Source: a virus
Lineage: Duplodnaviria > Caudoviricetes
Virus record (IMG/VR): IMGVR_UViG_3300017912_000068
Span: 1 to 30,104 of that record
Strand: one strand, 5' to 3'
DNA: 30,104 bases
Shown piece after piece: positions 8,824 to 17,564 of the stretch; position 1 is the first letter of the stretch, and each line of letters opens with the position of its first letter. Both the position numbers and the translations under genes were made by a program. A model generated the notes under the pieces. The model worked only from the letters and a program-made list of their open reading frames with translations, was not told the origin of the DNA and made no database searches.

Positions 8824-9178
8824 CGTCTTTCACCTGTTTGATGTGGGTATAGAAGGAACCAGTCTTATCTAATTTACCTTGATCAATATCGTGGAACAAT
8901 TTGTCTAGCTGCTCTCTTACAGTCGCATAATTTGCTGCACGCTCCCTTGCATAACCGTTGTTGTTATATAGAACCATCAATTCATCATACTTAGTTTTTA
9001 CTTGACTCCATGTAACAGGAGCTTCTTTAACAGTTTGAGCCGTGCTATCTGTATAAAAGATTACTCTTTCTTCATACTCAGTTTCATTAGTTGGTTCTGG
9101 CCCATTGATAACAAAGTTAGAATCATCTAACTCTTTGATAGCTTCTGCTATAAATGGTTGTAATATCATATCTGCCAT
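8807..9178 (-). CDS. Tail fibre assembly chaperone-like protein
   Basis: TWSQV..Y.RER..Y..EQLDKLFHDI..IKQVKDDAPK pattern; directly follows a fibre gene. Confidence 0.65.
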   Translation of the reverse strand: MADMILQPFIAEAIKELDDSNFVINGPEPTNETEYEERVIFYTDSTAQTVKEAPVTWSQVKTKYDELMVLYNNNGYARERAANYATVREQLDKLFHDIDQGKLDKTGSFYTHIKQVKDDAPKE

Positions 9179-9182
9179 ATCT

Positions 9183-10148
9183 TTACTCCTCGTATACGAT
9201 TATAGAACTAGCACCTTGACCAGATGTACTTGATCCTCTGTTAAAATAAATAGTTCTTCCGTTACTTACGGAACCGTAGTCTAGGTGCAATCTAAATCTT
9301 ACAGTTGCTCCTGAACTCATAGTTACTTGTCCTCTTGTTCCCGGATGTTTAGTCATAACATCATATGTATTGTTATGCGTGTCGTCTTGACCCGGTGAAA
9401 AAACATCTGTTCCGTATGCAGCATTGGCAAGTGTAGTCCAACTAGAACCGGAATCTAAAGAGTAATCAATATCTATTTGTATATTTTCATCATCAAGGTT
9501 TCCTGCTGCCCTTGTGTTAACTGAAACTATACCTGCTATATTAAATGTTGGGTTAGCTGCTGAAGCCACAATATCTACTTCTACGATTGAATAATCAGCG
9601 GTAACTGCTCCTTCAGTTTGAGTTGTTTTCATTACGATATTTTTACCAGCTGAACCCCAACTAAAAGTACCATCGCCATCAGATAACAAAGCATTACCTG
9701 ACGAACCATTTCCTGAAACATTAAGTTCAGAAGCACCTACAGCATTAGCTGCAATTTCAGCAGAATCTACGGCGTCATTATCAATAGACCAAGTTGCACC
9801 ATCTGAAGATACAGTGATGTCTCCTTTATCACCGTCAAGGTTTACACTAGTAAGATCAAGAAGACCTTGCGCTGTTACACGAAGTTCTATTCGATCACCA
9901 ATAGCATACGCTCTTGCTGTTGTACTTTCTTGAGCACGAGTTACTGTAAGAACATCGCTTGAACGTGCTGTACATTTTACAATCTCAAGATTGTTGGAAG
10001 AATCAATTAACGTAGCATAAAAATACTCACTGCCCGTAAGAGATGGGAAACGAGCACCATGACCACTTGCAACAGTAATGCTTGTATCACTAGATGTAAT
10101 ACTAGATGCTAGTGTGGAGGGACCATGATTTGAGAATTTTACACTCAT
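9183..10148 (-). CDS. Tail fibre / receptor-binding protein 1
   Basis: N-terminal anchor domain; DGDKGDITVS, AVDSAEIAANAV and GNALLSDGDGTFSW shaft motifs; beta-rich tip. Confidence 0.78.
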   Translation of the reverse strand: MSVKFSNHGPSTLASSITSSDTSITVASGHGARFPSLTGSEYFYATLIDSSNNLEIVKCTARSSDVLTVTRAQESTTARAYAIGDRIELRVTAQGLLDLTSVNLDGDKGDITVSSDGATWSIDNDAVDSAEIAANAVGASELNVSGNGSSGNALLSDGDGTFSWGSAGKNIVMKTTQTEGAVTADYSIVEVDIVASAANPTFNIAGIVSVNTRAAGNLDDENIQIDIDYSLDSGSSWTTLANAAYGTDVFSPGQDDTHNNTYDVMTKHPGTRGQVTMSSGATVRFRLHLDYGSVSNGRTIYFNRGSSTSGQGASSIIVYEE

Positions 10149-10158
10149 AATTTACTCC

Positions 10159-10602
10159 TTAGTTAACAGTGACAGTCCAAGTAATACCTAATGTGTCAGC
10201 AGCTCCTTTGTTAATTACACTAAAAACAGTTCTACACAATAGATCACCACTTGATGATGCGTTTAAAATTCCAGCTTCTGTAATTGCTCCTGTACCTGTA
10301 CCTGCACCAAACGTTGCTACATAAGCAACTGCGTTACTAGTTACAGTAGTTGATGTAAGAGCTACTCGACCAGCTTCAGTTTCAAGAGCAGAATCACCAG
10401 CGGCTGCAGCCGTGCTGCCTGTACCGATAGCCATATGACTCATAGCTGTAGCTGTTGCATCTTTCATTCGTGATGCAATATATTCTTTACCATCAGTAAC
10501 AACAATATTAGGTACAACCGTTTCTTGCGTGTTACCGTCAGGTTTTGTAAGAGTAAGCTTTAGCTCACCTGTTACTTTGATAGTATCATTTATCATACCC
10601 AT
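10159..10602 (-). CDS. Virion structural (tail) protein
   Basis: NIVVTDG..HMAIGTG..D.AL..E..ITEAGI..L.R.VF.VINK...L.ITWT pattern typical of phage tail/baseplate-type proteins. Confidence 0.7.
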   Translation of the reverse strand: MGMINDTIKVTGELKLTLTKPDGNTQETVVPNIVVTDGKEYIASRMKDATATAMSHMAIGTGSTAAAAGDSALETEAGRVALTSTTVTSNAVAYVATFGAGTGTGAITEAGILNASSSGDLLCRTVFSVINKGAADTLGITWTVTVN

Positions 10603-10608
10603 CTCCTT

Positions 10609-12189
10609 TTAAATGTATGATCCTGCACAAAGCGGTGTCTCATTTAAGAAATGACCACCTAGTTCAGTATCGTCTGTATCAGTATATATGAAATTGACTA
10701 ATAGTCCAGCGTTTGTTATATCCGTGTAAGTTATTGTATCACTGTTCATTATACCTTCATTTATAAGCTCAGCAGCGCCCAATACTCCTGTAAAAGAACG
10801 TCTAGCTATACTGTCGTTAGCTGCAGCCGCTAGTGGCGCTGAGTTCAAAAGACTATCACTATCACCTACAACAGCCTCTGTATCAACTGTTCTAAACCTA
10901 AACCTATCCTGTACAAAGATTACATTATAACGCTGAACACCATCTAGAGATTCACCAAAAATCCTAGACTCATTAAGCATACCAAATTCATCATTCATTT
11001 GATAACTGTAGTCAGGAGATGTGGTAACTCTAACTCGGTTAGTGCCTATATGGTAACCTTGAACTTTGCCTGTTTCTGCGCCATCAGATGCAACTACAAA
11101 CTCAGGATAAAGATAACTTGACTCACCTAATGTAAGTATAGTGCTAATACTTTCAGTAACTGAAGCTGTGTGTGAAAATGCTTGTTGTATATTAAGCACA
11201 GCAGATTCTGTAGCTGAAACAGTATTACTTAATGGTATAGAAGGATTTAACTTTATACCTTCTACTGCTGTAAAACTATCTGCAAATCCCGGTACAGTTA
11301 TATCAAACTCAGTTGACTCTGTAGGTGATGCAGTATCACTAAGACCACCATGAGTAAAGTTTTTAGCTGTAGACTCTGTAACACTAGATGTATCAGTTAA
11401 CCCTTTATCAAAATCAAACTCATTAATTGCATCACTTGCAGTAACTGGATCAGGGTCTACATCAGCATCTGATAAATCAAAATCTATATTTGAAGTAAAT
11501 GTTTTTACGTTTGATTGTACAGCAGATACAGAATCTGTTTTACCTGCTGGTGTAATTTCTTTAGCTGTAGATTCTGTAATCGTGACTGTGTCGTCTAATA
11601 CGGTCGTTACGTCAAAACGATCAATCGCCTCAGAAGTTGTTGCTGTATCTGTGACGTTTTTATGCGGACGTAACTGATCAATAGCTTCTGACGTAGATAC
11701 CGAAGCTGTAATACCGGGTTTAGTAGGTTCTTTAGTAATAGACTCGGAAGGTGTTACATCATCATTATCTGCTAACTCACCAATAGTGACATCTATTGCT
11801 GCCGATTCAGATATAGTAACTGGTGTTGCATCTACATCATCATCACTAGGATCAAAATCTATAAAATCTGTAAATACTTTTACACGAGACTCAACTGCAG
11901 TAACTGAATCCGTCTTAACTAGTTCAATATCAAACTGATCAATACCTTCAGATAATGTTACATCATCACTTGGACTTTTGTTTAAATCTTTAGTGTGTGA
12001 TTCAGATACGCTTATAGATTCTGCAGTTAAAGGTCTGGTAGGTATAATAGAAGCTTCTATTTGAATTCTACTACCTGTATCGTCTGGAGTTACAACAGGT
12101 TGTGAATAAGACGAATTTATACTTACAGACGCAACTGCAACAGCTACTATAGGAATACTACTAAGTGCGTAACTTAAACGTATAGCCAT
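10609..12189 (-). CDS. Acidic repeat-containing tail/fibre protein (526 aa)
   Basis: ~19-20-aa periodic D-x-V-x-x-x-E-S/A repeats; located in the tail module. Confidence 0.65.
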   Translation of the reverse strand: MAIRLSYALSSIPIVAVAVASVSINSSYSQPVVTPDDTGSRIQIEASIIPTRPLTAESISVSESHTKDLNKSPSDDVTLSEGIDQFDIELVKTDSVTAVESRVKVFTDFIDFDPSDDDVDATPVTISESAAIDVTIGELADNDDVTPSESITKEPTKPGITASVSTSEAIDQLRPHKNVTDTATTSEAIDRFDVTTVLDDTVTITESTAKEITPAGKTDSVSAVQSNVKTFTSNIDFDLSDADVDPDPVTASDAINEFDFDKGLTDTSSVTESTAKNFTHGGLSDTASPTESTEFDITVPGFADSFTAVEGIKLNPSIPLSNTVSATESAVLNIQQAFSHTASVTESISTILTLGESSYLYPEFVVASDGAETGKVQGYHIGTNRVRVTTSPDYSYQMNDEFGMLNESRIFGESLDGVQRYNVIFVQDRFRFRTVDTEAVVGDSDSLLNSAPLAAAANDSIARRSFTGVLGAAELINEGIMNSDTITYTDITNAGLLVNFIYTDTDDTELGGHFLNETPLCAGSYI

Positions 12190-12521
12190 TAGGAAGTGTC
12201 TCTAACTCTAAAAGTTAGTACATCATAAACTGTTTGAACACTACCATTATAATCTATAACAACCTCTCCTTCATATTCACCAGCGTCAACATCAAGCACA
12301 CCACCAGAAAAATCAAAATGTACTTTTCCATCCGACCCTGTATTAGTTTTTGTAGTTGAAATTGTAGATAAAGTTGTAGTTGTACCTTTTTTCTTAAATT
12401 TAACACTAACGCTAGTTGTATCTACTGACAAATCTACAGCACTAGCTGTTACATCATCTGTAAGAGTTAGTGTAATTTGTGGTAACTCATCTCCTTTTAC
12501 TAATTTAATTATATCCGCCAT
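12189..12521 (-). CDS. Small Ig-like tail protein (BppU N-terminal-like)
   Basis: LVKGD..ITLTLTD..AVDL..GKVHF..AGEYEGEVVI..F.V pattern. Confidence 0.6.
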   Translation of the reverse strand: MADIIKLVKGDELPQITLTLTDDVTASAVDLSVDTTSVSVKFKKKGTTTTLSTISTTKTNTGSDGKVHFDFSGGVLDVDAGEYEGEVVIDYNGSVQTVYDVLTFRVRDTS

Positions 12522-12529
12522 AATTTACC

Positions 12530-13183
12530 TCACGCAAACTTCTGCATCTGCACTCGCATAGATGCTTTAGATGCACCAAGATTAGTTCTAGCTCTACGCT
12601 CAGCAGTTTTTTGTACAAACTGTTTAGCATGGTAAGTTGCTAGCTCTCGATCACTCCAAGTTCTATCAGGTAAAACTAATAGATGTTGAAGTGCTCCGTG
12701 CATAACTACATTTTCTAATTCATCAAGAACTGTTTTATCCATTTTAGTTGCAGTTCTTAATGGTTTAAGACACACTATCATTCTAATATCATAAGTTATA
12801 GAATTATCTGGAACGGGTGCTACAGAAAAATGATCAGGGTCTAATTGTGTTACATACCTAGGCTCTGCTCTTTCATCAACAGATTGATTAGGCCATTTTG
12901 GATATATATCGTGCAACTGTTCTAATGTGACTGGCATAAGTTTAGACTCATTAACAGTAGCTGTTAAAACAGCATGTACTTCTGCATCATCAGGAGTATC
13001 ATATTCATAATCATGTGCACCGGGAACTAAACGAATTCTTGGTTGTTCATACCGATATGCTAATGTTTTTTCACAAGCTTCAATTGCTGCGTCACGAACA
13101 TATTGTTCTACAACTGGTGTGGGACAACCCGGAACACTAGGTGATAATCTAGTTACAATATCATTAAAAGTTCTATCTGCCAT
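12530..13183 (-). CDS. Head-tail adaptor / tail tubular protein A-like
   Basis: VPGCP..VRDAAIEACEKT..PVPD..HGAL..L..P..WS pattern; position after the capsid genes. Confidence 0.6.
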   Translation of the reverse strand: MADRTFNDIVTRLSPSVPGCPTPVVEQYVRDAAIEACEKTLAYRYEQPRIRLVPGAHDYEYDTPDDAEVHAVLTATVNESKLMPVTLEQLHDIYPKWPNQSVDERAEPRYVTQLDPDHFSVAPVPDNSITYDIRMIVCLKPLRTATKMDKTVLDELENVVMHGALQHLLVLPDRTWSDRELATYHAKQFVQKTAERRARTNLGASKASMRVQMQKFA

Positions 13184-13827
13184 TATACTACATCCTCCTC
13201 ATTTAATCCGCCTCTCTCTGTATCTGTTACTTCTCTACTTTGAGCAGCTACACCAAGAGACTGTGTGAAGGACTGCTGGAACAACTGAGCACGTTTAGAA
13301 TTAACGTGTTCGTTATCTACAGACTCAGCAATAAATACTGTTGCATCTACAACTACTGGAAAATAAGCATCTGGTAGTAAAGCAACTGTAGTAGTACCAT
13401 CATACGTTGGAGGTGTTTGAGCATATTCGCCTACCAACACTTGTCCACTAGGAGCTTTTGGATAAATAAAAAACTTATTAGCATTTCTAACATGACGCAT
13501 AAAATTAACAGCAGCACCTGCTGTATCATTCATCCAAGTAGGTAATGCTTGATCCAAAGCTTCTCTATTGGTTTCGATAACTCCGTTACCGTCCTTAACA
13601 TAATAAATATCAATTAATCGAATAGAATCAGAAGGCATAGATTGTACTACTGAACCTGCAGTAGTAGGGATGTCACCAACAAAAGCAAAAAGATCAGGAC
13701 GCAAAACAGCAATACGTTTAAGCGCTTGGTTTGCAAATCCTAAAAGTACAGAATCAGAATAACGCTGAGGTGAATTCGTATCCTGTAGTATTCGTCTTAC
13801 TTCTGTTACAACATCATCTAATATCAT
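13183..13827 (-). CDS. Head-tail adaptor protein (DUF6682-like)
   Basis: VRRILQD..RYSDSVLLGFANQAL..IAVLRPD..LD...P.W..FFIYP..F...LG. Confidence 0.7.
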   Translation of the reverse strand: MILDDVVTEVRRILQDTNSPQRYSDSVLLGFANQALKRIAVLRPDLFAFVGDIPTTAGSVVQSMPSDSIRLIDIYYVKDGNGVIETNREALDQALPTWMNDTAGAAVNFMRHVRNANKFFIYPKAPSGQVLVGEYAQTPPTYDGTTTVALLPDAYFPVVVDATVFIAESVDNEHVNSKRAQLFQQSFTQSLGVAAQSREVTDTERGGLNEEDVV

Positions 13828-14139
13828 CTATTTTTTAACCCATGCTTCGTTTTCAGGTGTGCTAGGATCATCAGCAATATAATGACCTTTATCATTTCTT
13901 GCTCGCTCTAGACCTTTTGTTGCTTCTTCAGCAAGTTCTTCTGGAGTAGAGTCTCCTTCTTCAGGAATCTCTGTTTCCAAATTTACTTTTGCTTTTCTAG
14001 TTTTTTTCTTCTTATCCAAAAATTTTTCTGGAAATGCTTGTTCTTCTGTAACTTCTTCAGTAAGTGGATTTTCTGCTAGAACTTCGTTCCAACCGTAAAT
14101 CTCACCATCTTTTTTATTTCTCAACCATCTGCCTGCCAT
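13828..14139 (-). CDS. Hypothetical phage protein
   Basis: GGAGG RBS; C-terminal RARNDKGHYIADDPSTPENEAW motif recurrent in marine phages. Confidence 0.7.
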   Translation of the reverse strand: MAGRWLRNKKDGEIYGWNEVLAENPLTEEVTEEQAFPEKFLDKKKKTRKAKVNLETEIPEEGDSTPEELAEEATKGLERARNDKGHYIADDPSTPENEAWVKK

Positions 14140-14148
14140 TTGAACCTC

Positions 14149-14397
14149 CTATGTAACAGCTTTAACACGTTTTGAACTTTTCTTTGCAGCAAGGCGGCTA
14201 CGTTTTTCTGAAGCGGAAAGTTCTGACGCAGTTTTAGGTGTGTCTTTTGAAACCCGTTTTGATGGACGACAATAGGGATAGCCACTACGCTTTTCTCCTT
14301 TTTGTCTACCACAAGGTTTACCAGTTCGTACATCAACCCACTTCTCCTTAAACCAACGCTTTAACTTTGCTCCTTCTTCAGTTTTACGCACAGCCAT
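14149..14397 (-). CDS. Small basic protein (RWFKEKWVD..CGR..YPYCRP)
   Basis: In operon, highly Lys/Arg-rich, recognisable viral motif. Confidence 0.75.
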   Translation of the reverse strand: MAVRKTEEGAKLKRWFKEKWVDVRTGKPCGRQKGEKRSGYPYCRPSKRVSKDTPKTASELSASEKRSRLAAKKSSKRVKAVT

Positions 14398-14400
14398 AGC

Positions 14401-14586
14401 TTATCCTTTTGTACCACGTTTTGACGTTTTTGTATTCTTCTTTTTAGAATTACCCCAGTTAGCAGCTCCTACTTTTCGGCATTTAGCCAAAGCTCCTGAA
14501 GCATACGCTGAGGGCCAAACTGAATAACGTGCTTTAACTTTATAATAACACGCATCCTTCTTTGATTTTGTTTTAGGTGCAGCCAT
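14401..14586 (-). CDS. Small basic protein (DACY.KVK..WPSAYASG..KCRK)
   Basis: In operon, basic, recognisable viral motif. Confidence 0.75.
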   Translation of the reverse strand: MAAPKTKSKKDACYYKVKARYSVWPSAYASGALAKCRKVGAANWGNSKKKNTKTSKRGTKG

Positions 14587-14592
14587 AATTAT

Positions 14593-14838
14593 CTACCATT
14601 TCTTGCACGACCAATAACGAGCTGTCATCTTAGATGGTGGCCTGCTATCGCAACCGTGCCTTGCTCGAAAGTTTTTACGTCTTCCGGGCTGGTTTTTCTT
14701 AATAGTCATATTAGCATCACCAAATCGAATAATTTTTTCTTTACCGTTTTGACATGCTTTAACAACAAACTTTTTACCGCCAGAAACCTGACGTTTTGGT
14801 TTGTTACATGCCATTTTAGATTTATCAATTTTAGCCAT
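14593..14838 (-). CDS. Small basic protein (IRFGD..RRKNFRARHGC..YWSCKKW)
   Basis: AGGAG RBS, basic, recognisable viral motif. Confidence 0.75.
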   Translation of the reverse strand: MAKIDKSKMACNKPKRQVSGGKKFVVKACQNGKEKIIRFGDANMTIKKNQPGRRKNFRARHGCDSRPPSKMTARYWSCKKW

Positions 14839-14849
14839 ACAACACTCCT

Positions 14850-14874
14850 AAAAGTAGGGGGGCCGAAGCCCCCC
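14850..14874 (-). terminator. Intrinsic terminator after the capsid/decoration genes
   Basis: Minus strand GGGGGGC-TTCG-GCCCCCC then TACTTTT; the short U-tract suggests partial read-through. Confidence 0.75.
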
Positions 14875-14883
14875 GACTAATTG

Positions 14884-15339
14884 TTATGAACAGTCAACCA
14901 TTACAGCTGTAAGTTTCATAACTGCTGCATCAGCGGCATTGTTAAGTACAATGTCAATTGTATCAGCAGCTGTGTAATACTTACCAGCTTCAAAAGCGTC
15001 AGTTCCAGCTACAGTCAAATAAGCTGCTGTAGCATTAGCGTTAACACCATCAAGGTATCCATCTGGGTTATCGCCGTCACCAACGTCAACTGTTAGTGTT
15101 CCGCCCTCAGCAGTAGTAACTTCTAGAGCCACATGAGTGACCAAAGTTTTTGCTGGGATTTTGATAACTTCAAGAATATCACCAGCTGCAAGTGCAGTCA
15201 GACCAGCTGCTGCCCTCTCAGTAGTGATAGTAGCGAAGTTTAGTTCAACAGTTACAGAAGATACTTTGTTGATGCCCGCAGCAACGTGCGCAGCACCTGT
15301 ACCCATATTGTAACCTTTACCGTCGTTATAAGTAGCCAT
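14884..15339 (-). CDS. Capsid decoration / cement protein (putative)
   Basis: Immediately after the capsid gene and before a terminator; beta-rich, GD.L..I.IPA..V..V.T..T.DVGD..D.Y.DG pattern. Confidence 0.65.
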   Translation of the reverse strand: MATYNDGKGYNMGTGAAHVAAGINKVSSVTVELNFATITTERAAAGLTALAAGDILEVIKIPAKTLVTHVALEVTTAEGGTLTVDVGDGDNPDGYLDGVNANATAAYLTVAGTDAFEAGKYYTAADTIDIVLNNAADAAVMKLTAVMVDCS

Positions 15340-15354
15340 AGATCAACCCTCCTA

Positions 15355-16260
15355 TTACAGCGTTACGACTGCAGTAGCTAGAGCTTCAGGTTTTACAACC
15401 TTGTACCCATATACTTGCAATCCTCTAATGATGTTACCGAAAGTAGTCTCTGACCTGATAGTTTCCATATTTGTCATCTGAGATGCAAATGTGAAGCCCA
15501 TCTTATGTCCACCGATTACGCTGAACTCAGAACCTGATTTGTATAGGTTATGAGACACATAAAGAGTGAATCTGTCGATCATACCAAGACGACCGTTTCT
15601 CAATGGAGAAGAACCGTCACCTGTGATAGATGCGTCTTTAAGATCAGACTGCTTAATGTATCCTGCCATCTTAGCTGGGATAATCATGAAACGATCTTGC
15701 TCAGGAGCATTCGCTTCATCAAGTACTGTACCCATGTTAATGATGGTGTCGATAACATTAGAACTTGTAATAGCTACAGGAGAACCTGCTGCACCCAAGT
15801 TAATGTCACCAGAGATACGACCAGCTGTTGCACCTTTGTTGTTTGAATCAACATCAGTCAACACATCTGTTAGTACACGTTCGTCGATCTTGATCTTCAT
15901 TCGCTCTGAAGCGTCTTTAGACCATTGATCCATTAGTGCAATATCAGATTGTACTTGGTCAACATCATCTTCAACGCATGCAAAATACTCACCTTTGTCA
16001 ATGACAAGCTGAAGTTTTGCTTTGTCAGGATTTTCAACTGCTAGAGTTTGACCCTTAACATACGTTTTGATTGTGATTTCAGGAGTAGTACGGATGTTTA
16101 CCGTATCACCCATGCTACGAATCTCACCTTCGTAGTCGGTGTTTGAGATTGCTGCGAGCACTGTTGCATCGTAGAAGTTCTCAATAAGCTTCCCACTCCA
16201 GATTTCTGGAATGAAGTTGCCTGTATAGTCCGGACGACCGGAAGAGACTGCAAAAGCCAT
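15355..16260 (-). CDS. Major capsid protein (HK97 fold, P22-coat/N4-gp56-like)
   Basis: FIPEIWSGKL..NTDYEGEI..GDTVNI..L.ID..Y..LDEANAP..R..NGRLG..E.IR..FG..RGL.VYG.KV..P; AAGGAGG RBS. Confidence 0.9.
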   Translation of the reverse strand: MAFAVSSGRPDYTGNFIPEIWSGKLIENFYDATVLAAISNTDYEGEIRSMGDTVNIRTTPEITIKTYVKGQTLAVENPDKAKLQLVIDKGEYFACVEDDVDQVQSDIALMDQWSKDASERMKIKIDERVLTDVLTDVDSNNKGATAGRISGDINLGAAGSPVAITSSNVIDTIINMGTVLDEANAPEQDRFMIIPAKMAGYIKQSDLKDASITGDGSSPLRNGRLGMIDRFTLYVSHNLYKSGSEFSVIGGHKMGFTFASQMTNMETIRSETTFGNIIRGLQVYGYKVVKPEALATAVVTL

Positions 16261-16276
16261 AATGACCTCCTTTTAA

Positions 16277-17299
16277 TTATGCAGTTACGATACGACCCTC
16301 CGCTTGCGCGGCGAAGATATCGCGTTCTATACGACCTCGCTCATCCTCTCGTCCTTTGTATCTTCCTTTTCGAACATCTTCAAAAAACTTTGTAATATCC
16401 GAAGGAGAATATTTCTGGCCTTCTTGAACCATAGGCTTACTAGAACGTCCCCGTCCCGGTGTAACCTGTTTTTCAAGCTGAGAATTTGCTGTAGATCGTG
16501 GTTCATGAGCAGCTTCGGGTACTCCAAATTCCTTTTCCCAAGCCGAAAAGAACTGCGCTACACGTCCGCTATCTAGACTTTTTTGTGCATCCTCTAGATA
16601 AGTTTGACGAGAGATTCCTGTTAGCGGGTCAATAGCCAACAACCAAGATTGAAAATCTGCATTGTTGTTTATATCTTGCCAATTCGGAACTTTACTAGAA
16701 AGGTCAGCCCAAAACGCTTGTTCACTAGTTGCTTTTTGTTGTGCCTGTACTTGATGCACTTGCGGTACAACTCCTTGCAACTGTTGAATTGTTTTCTCCA
16801 ACTGTGCAATACGCCCATTTGCTGTATTGACTTCTTCACGAGCTGCTCGTCTCATAACATCAATCGAATCGCCATACTCTTTCATATCTGCATCTGTAAT
16901 CAAAGGATCAACAGATTCAGGTTCAGGAGTAGTAGCTTGCGTTTGCTGCATAGTACTAAGCAACGTTTCCAGTTGTGAAACACGGGAGTTAAGTTCTCTG
17001 TTCGTTGCGTTTAAACGCGGAACATCGGCATTATACATCCCTTGAAGTGTTTTGTACTTCTGTTCCCAAGTTTCTTTTGGTTGAGTGTCTGTTTGGTTTT
17101 GCTCTTTAACCTCAGACTCAGGTGCTTTGTCATCAACACTGTCGGAAGGTTGTTCTACTGGTTGCTCAGCAGGTACTTCAGGTGCCTCGGTAGCAGGAGT
17201 TTGTTCCTGCACCTGTGCGTTTTCTGTTTCGCCATTGAGTTCCTTGTACAACGCTTGTACTTCCTCAGACTGTTTTTGAACTTGCTTTGGTATTCCCAT
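16277..17299 (-). CDS. Capsid scaffolding protein
   Basis: Acidic N-terminus, WEQKYKTLQGMY, coiled coil, C-terminal IERDIFAAQAEGRI; sits between portal and capsid genes. Confidence 0.8.
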   Translation of the reverse strand: MGIPKQVQKQSEEVQALYKELNGETENAQVQEQTPATEAPEVPAEQPVEQPSDSVDDKAPESEVKEQNQTDTQPKETWEQKYKTLQGMYNADVPRLNATNRELNSRVSQLETLLSTMQQTQATTPEPESVDPLITDADMKEYGDSIDVMRRAAREEVNTANGRIAQLEKTIQQLQGVVPQVHQVQAQQKATSEQAFWADLSSKVPNWQDINNNADFQSWLLAIDPLTGISRQTYLEDAQKSLDSGRVAQFFSAWEKEFGVPEAAHEPRSTANSQLEKQVTPGRGRSSKPMVQEGQKYSPSDITKFFEDVRKGRYKGREDERGRIERDIFAAQAEGRIVTA

Positions 17300-17342
17300 A
17301 ATCGCTCCTATCGGTGTGCGTAATTAAAAGCAGCTGTCACTA

Positions 17343-17564
17343 TCATTTGGACTTTGCCGCTAACTCAGGGGACTCTATTACTAGTTTAACTAGTTCCAAG
17401 AGAACTTGGCACCGCCCCTGTGCAAGTGTTACGTTCTCTGCGGCGACATTAGGTAGCCGAGATAACTCATCTGATCCCCATTCCTGAATCCATTTTGCAA
17501 ACTCAGGATATTGCTTCACAATTTGAGCTATTTCTTTGACAACTTCAGGAGAAGGTCTTTTCAT
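17343..17564 (-). CDS. Small conserved protein downstream of portal
   Basis: ATGA overlap with portal; helical, AQGRCQVLLEL. Confidence 0.7.
   Translation of the reverse strand: MKRPSPEVVKEIAQIVKQYPEFAKWIQEWGSDELSRLPNVAAENVTLAQGRCQVLLELVKLVIESPELAAKSK

Noticed and set aside
6702-10148. Diversity-generating retroelement or invertible fibre switch
   Set aside because: No reverse transcriptase or invertase in the window; the similarity is N-terminal, in direct orientation and diverged at synonymous sites rather than adenine-specific
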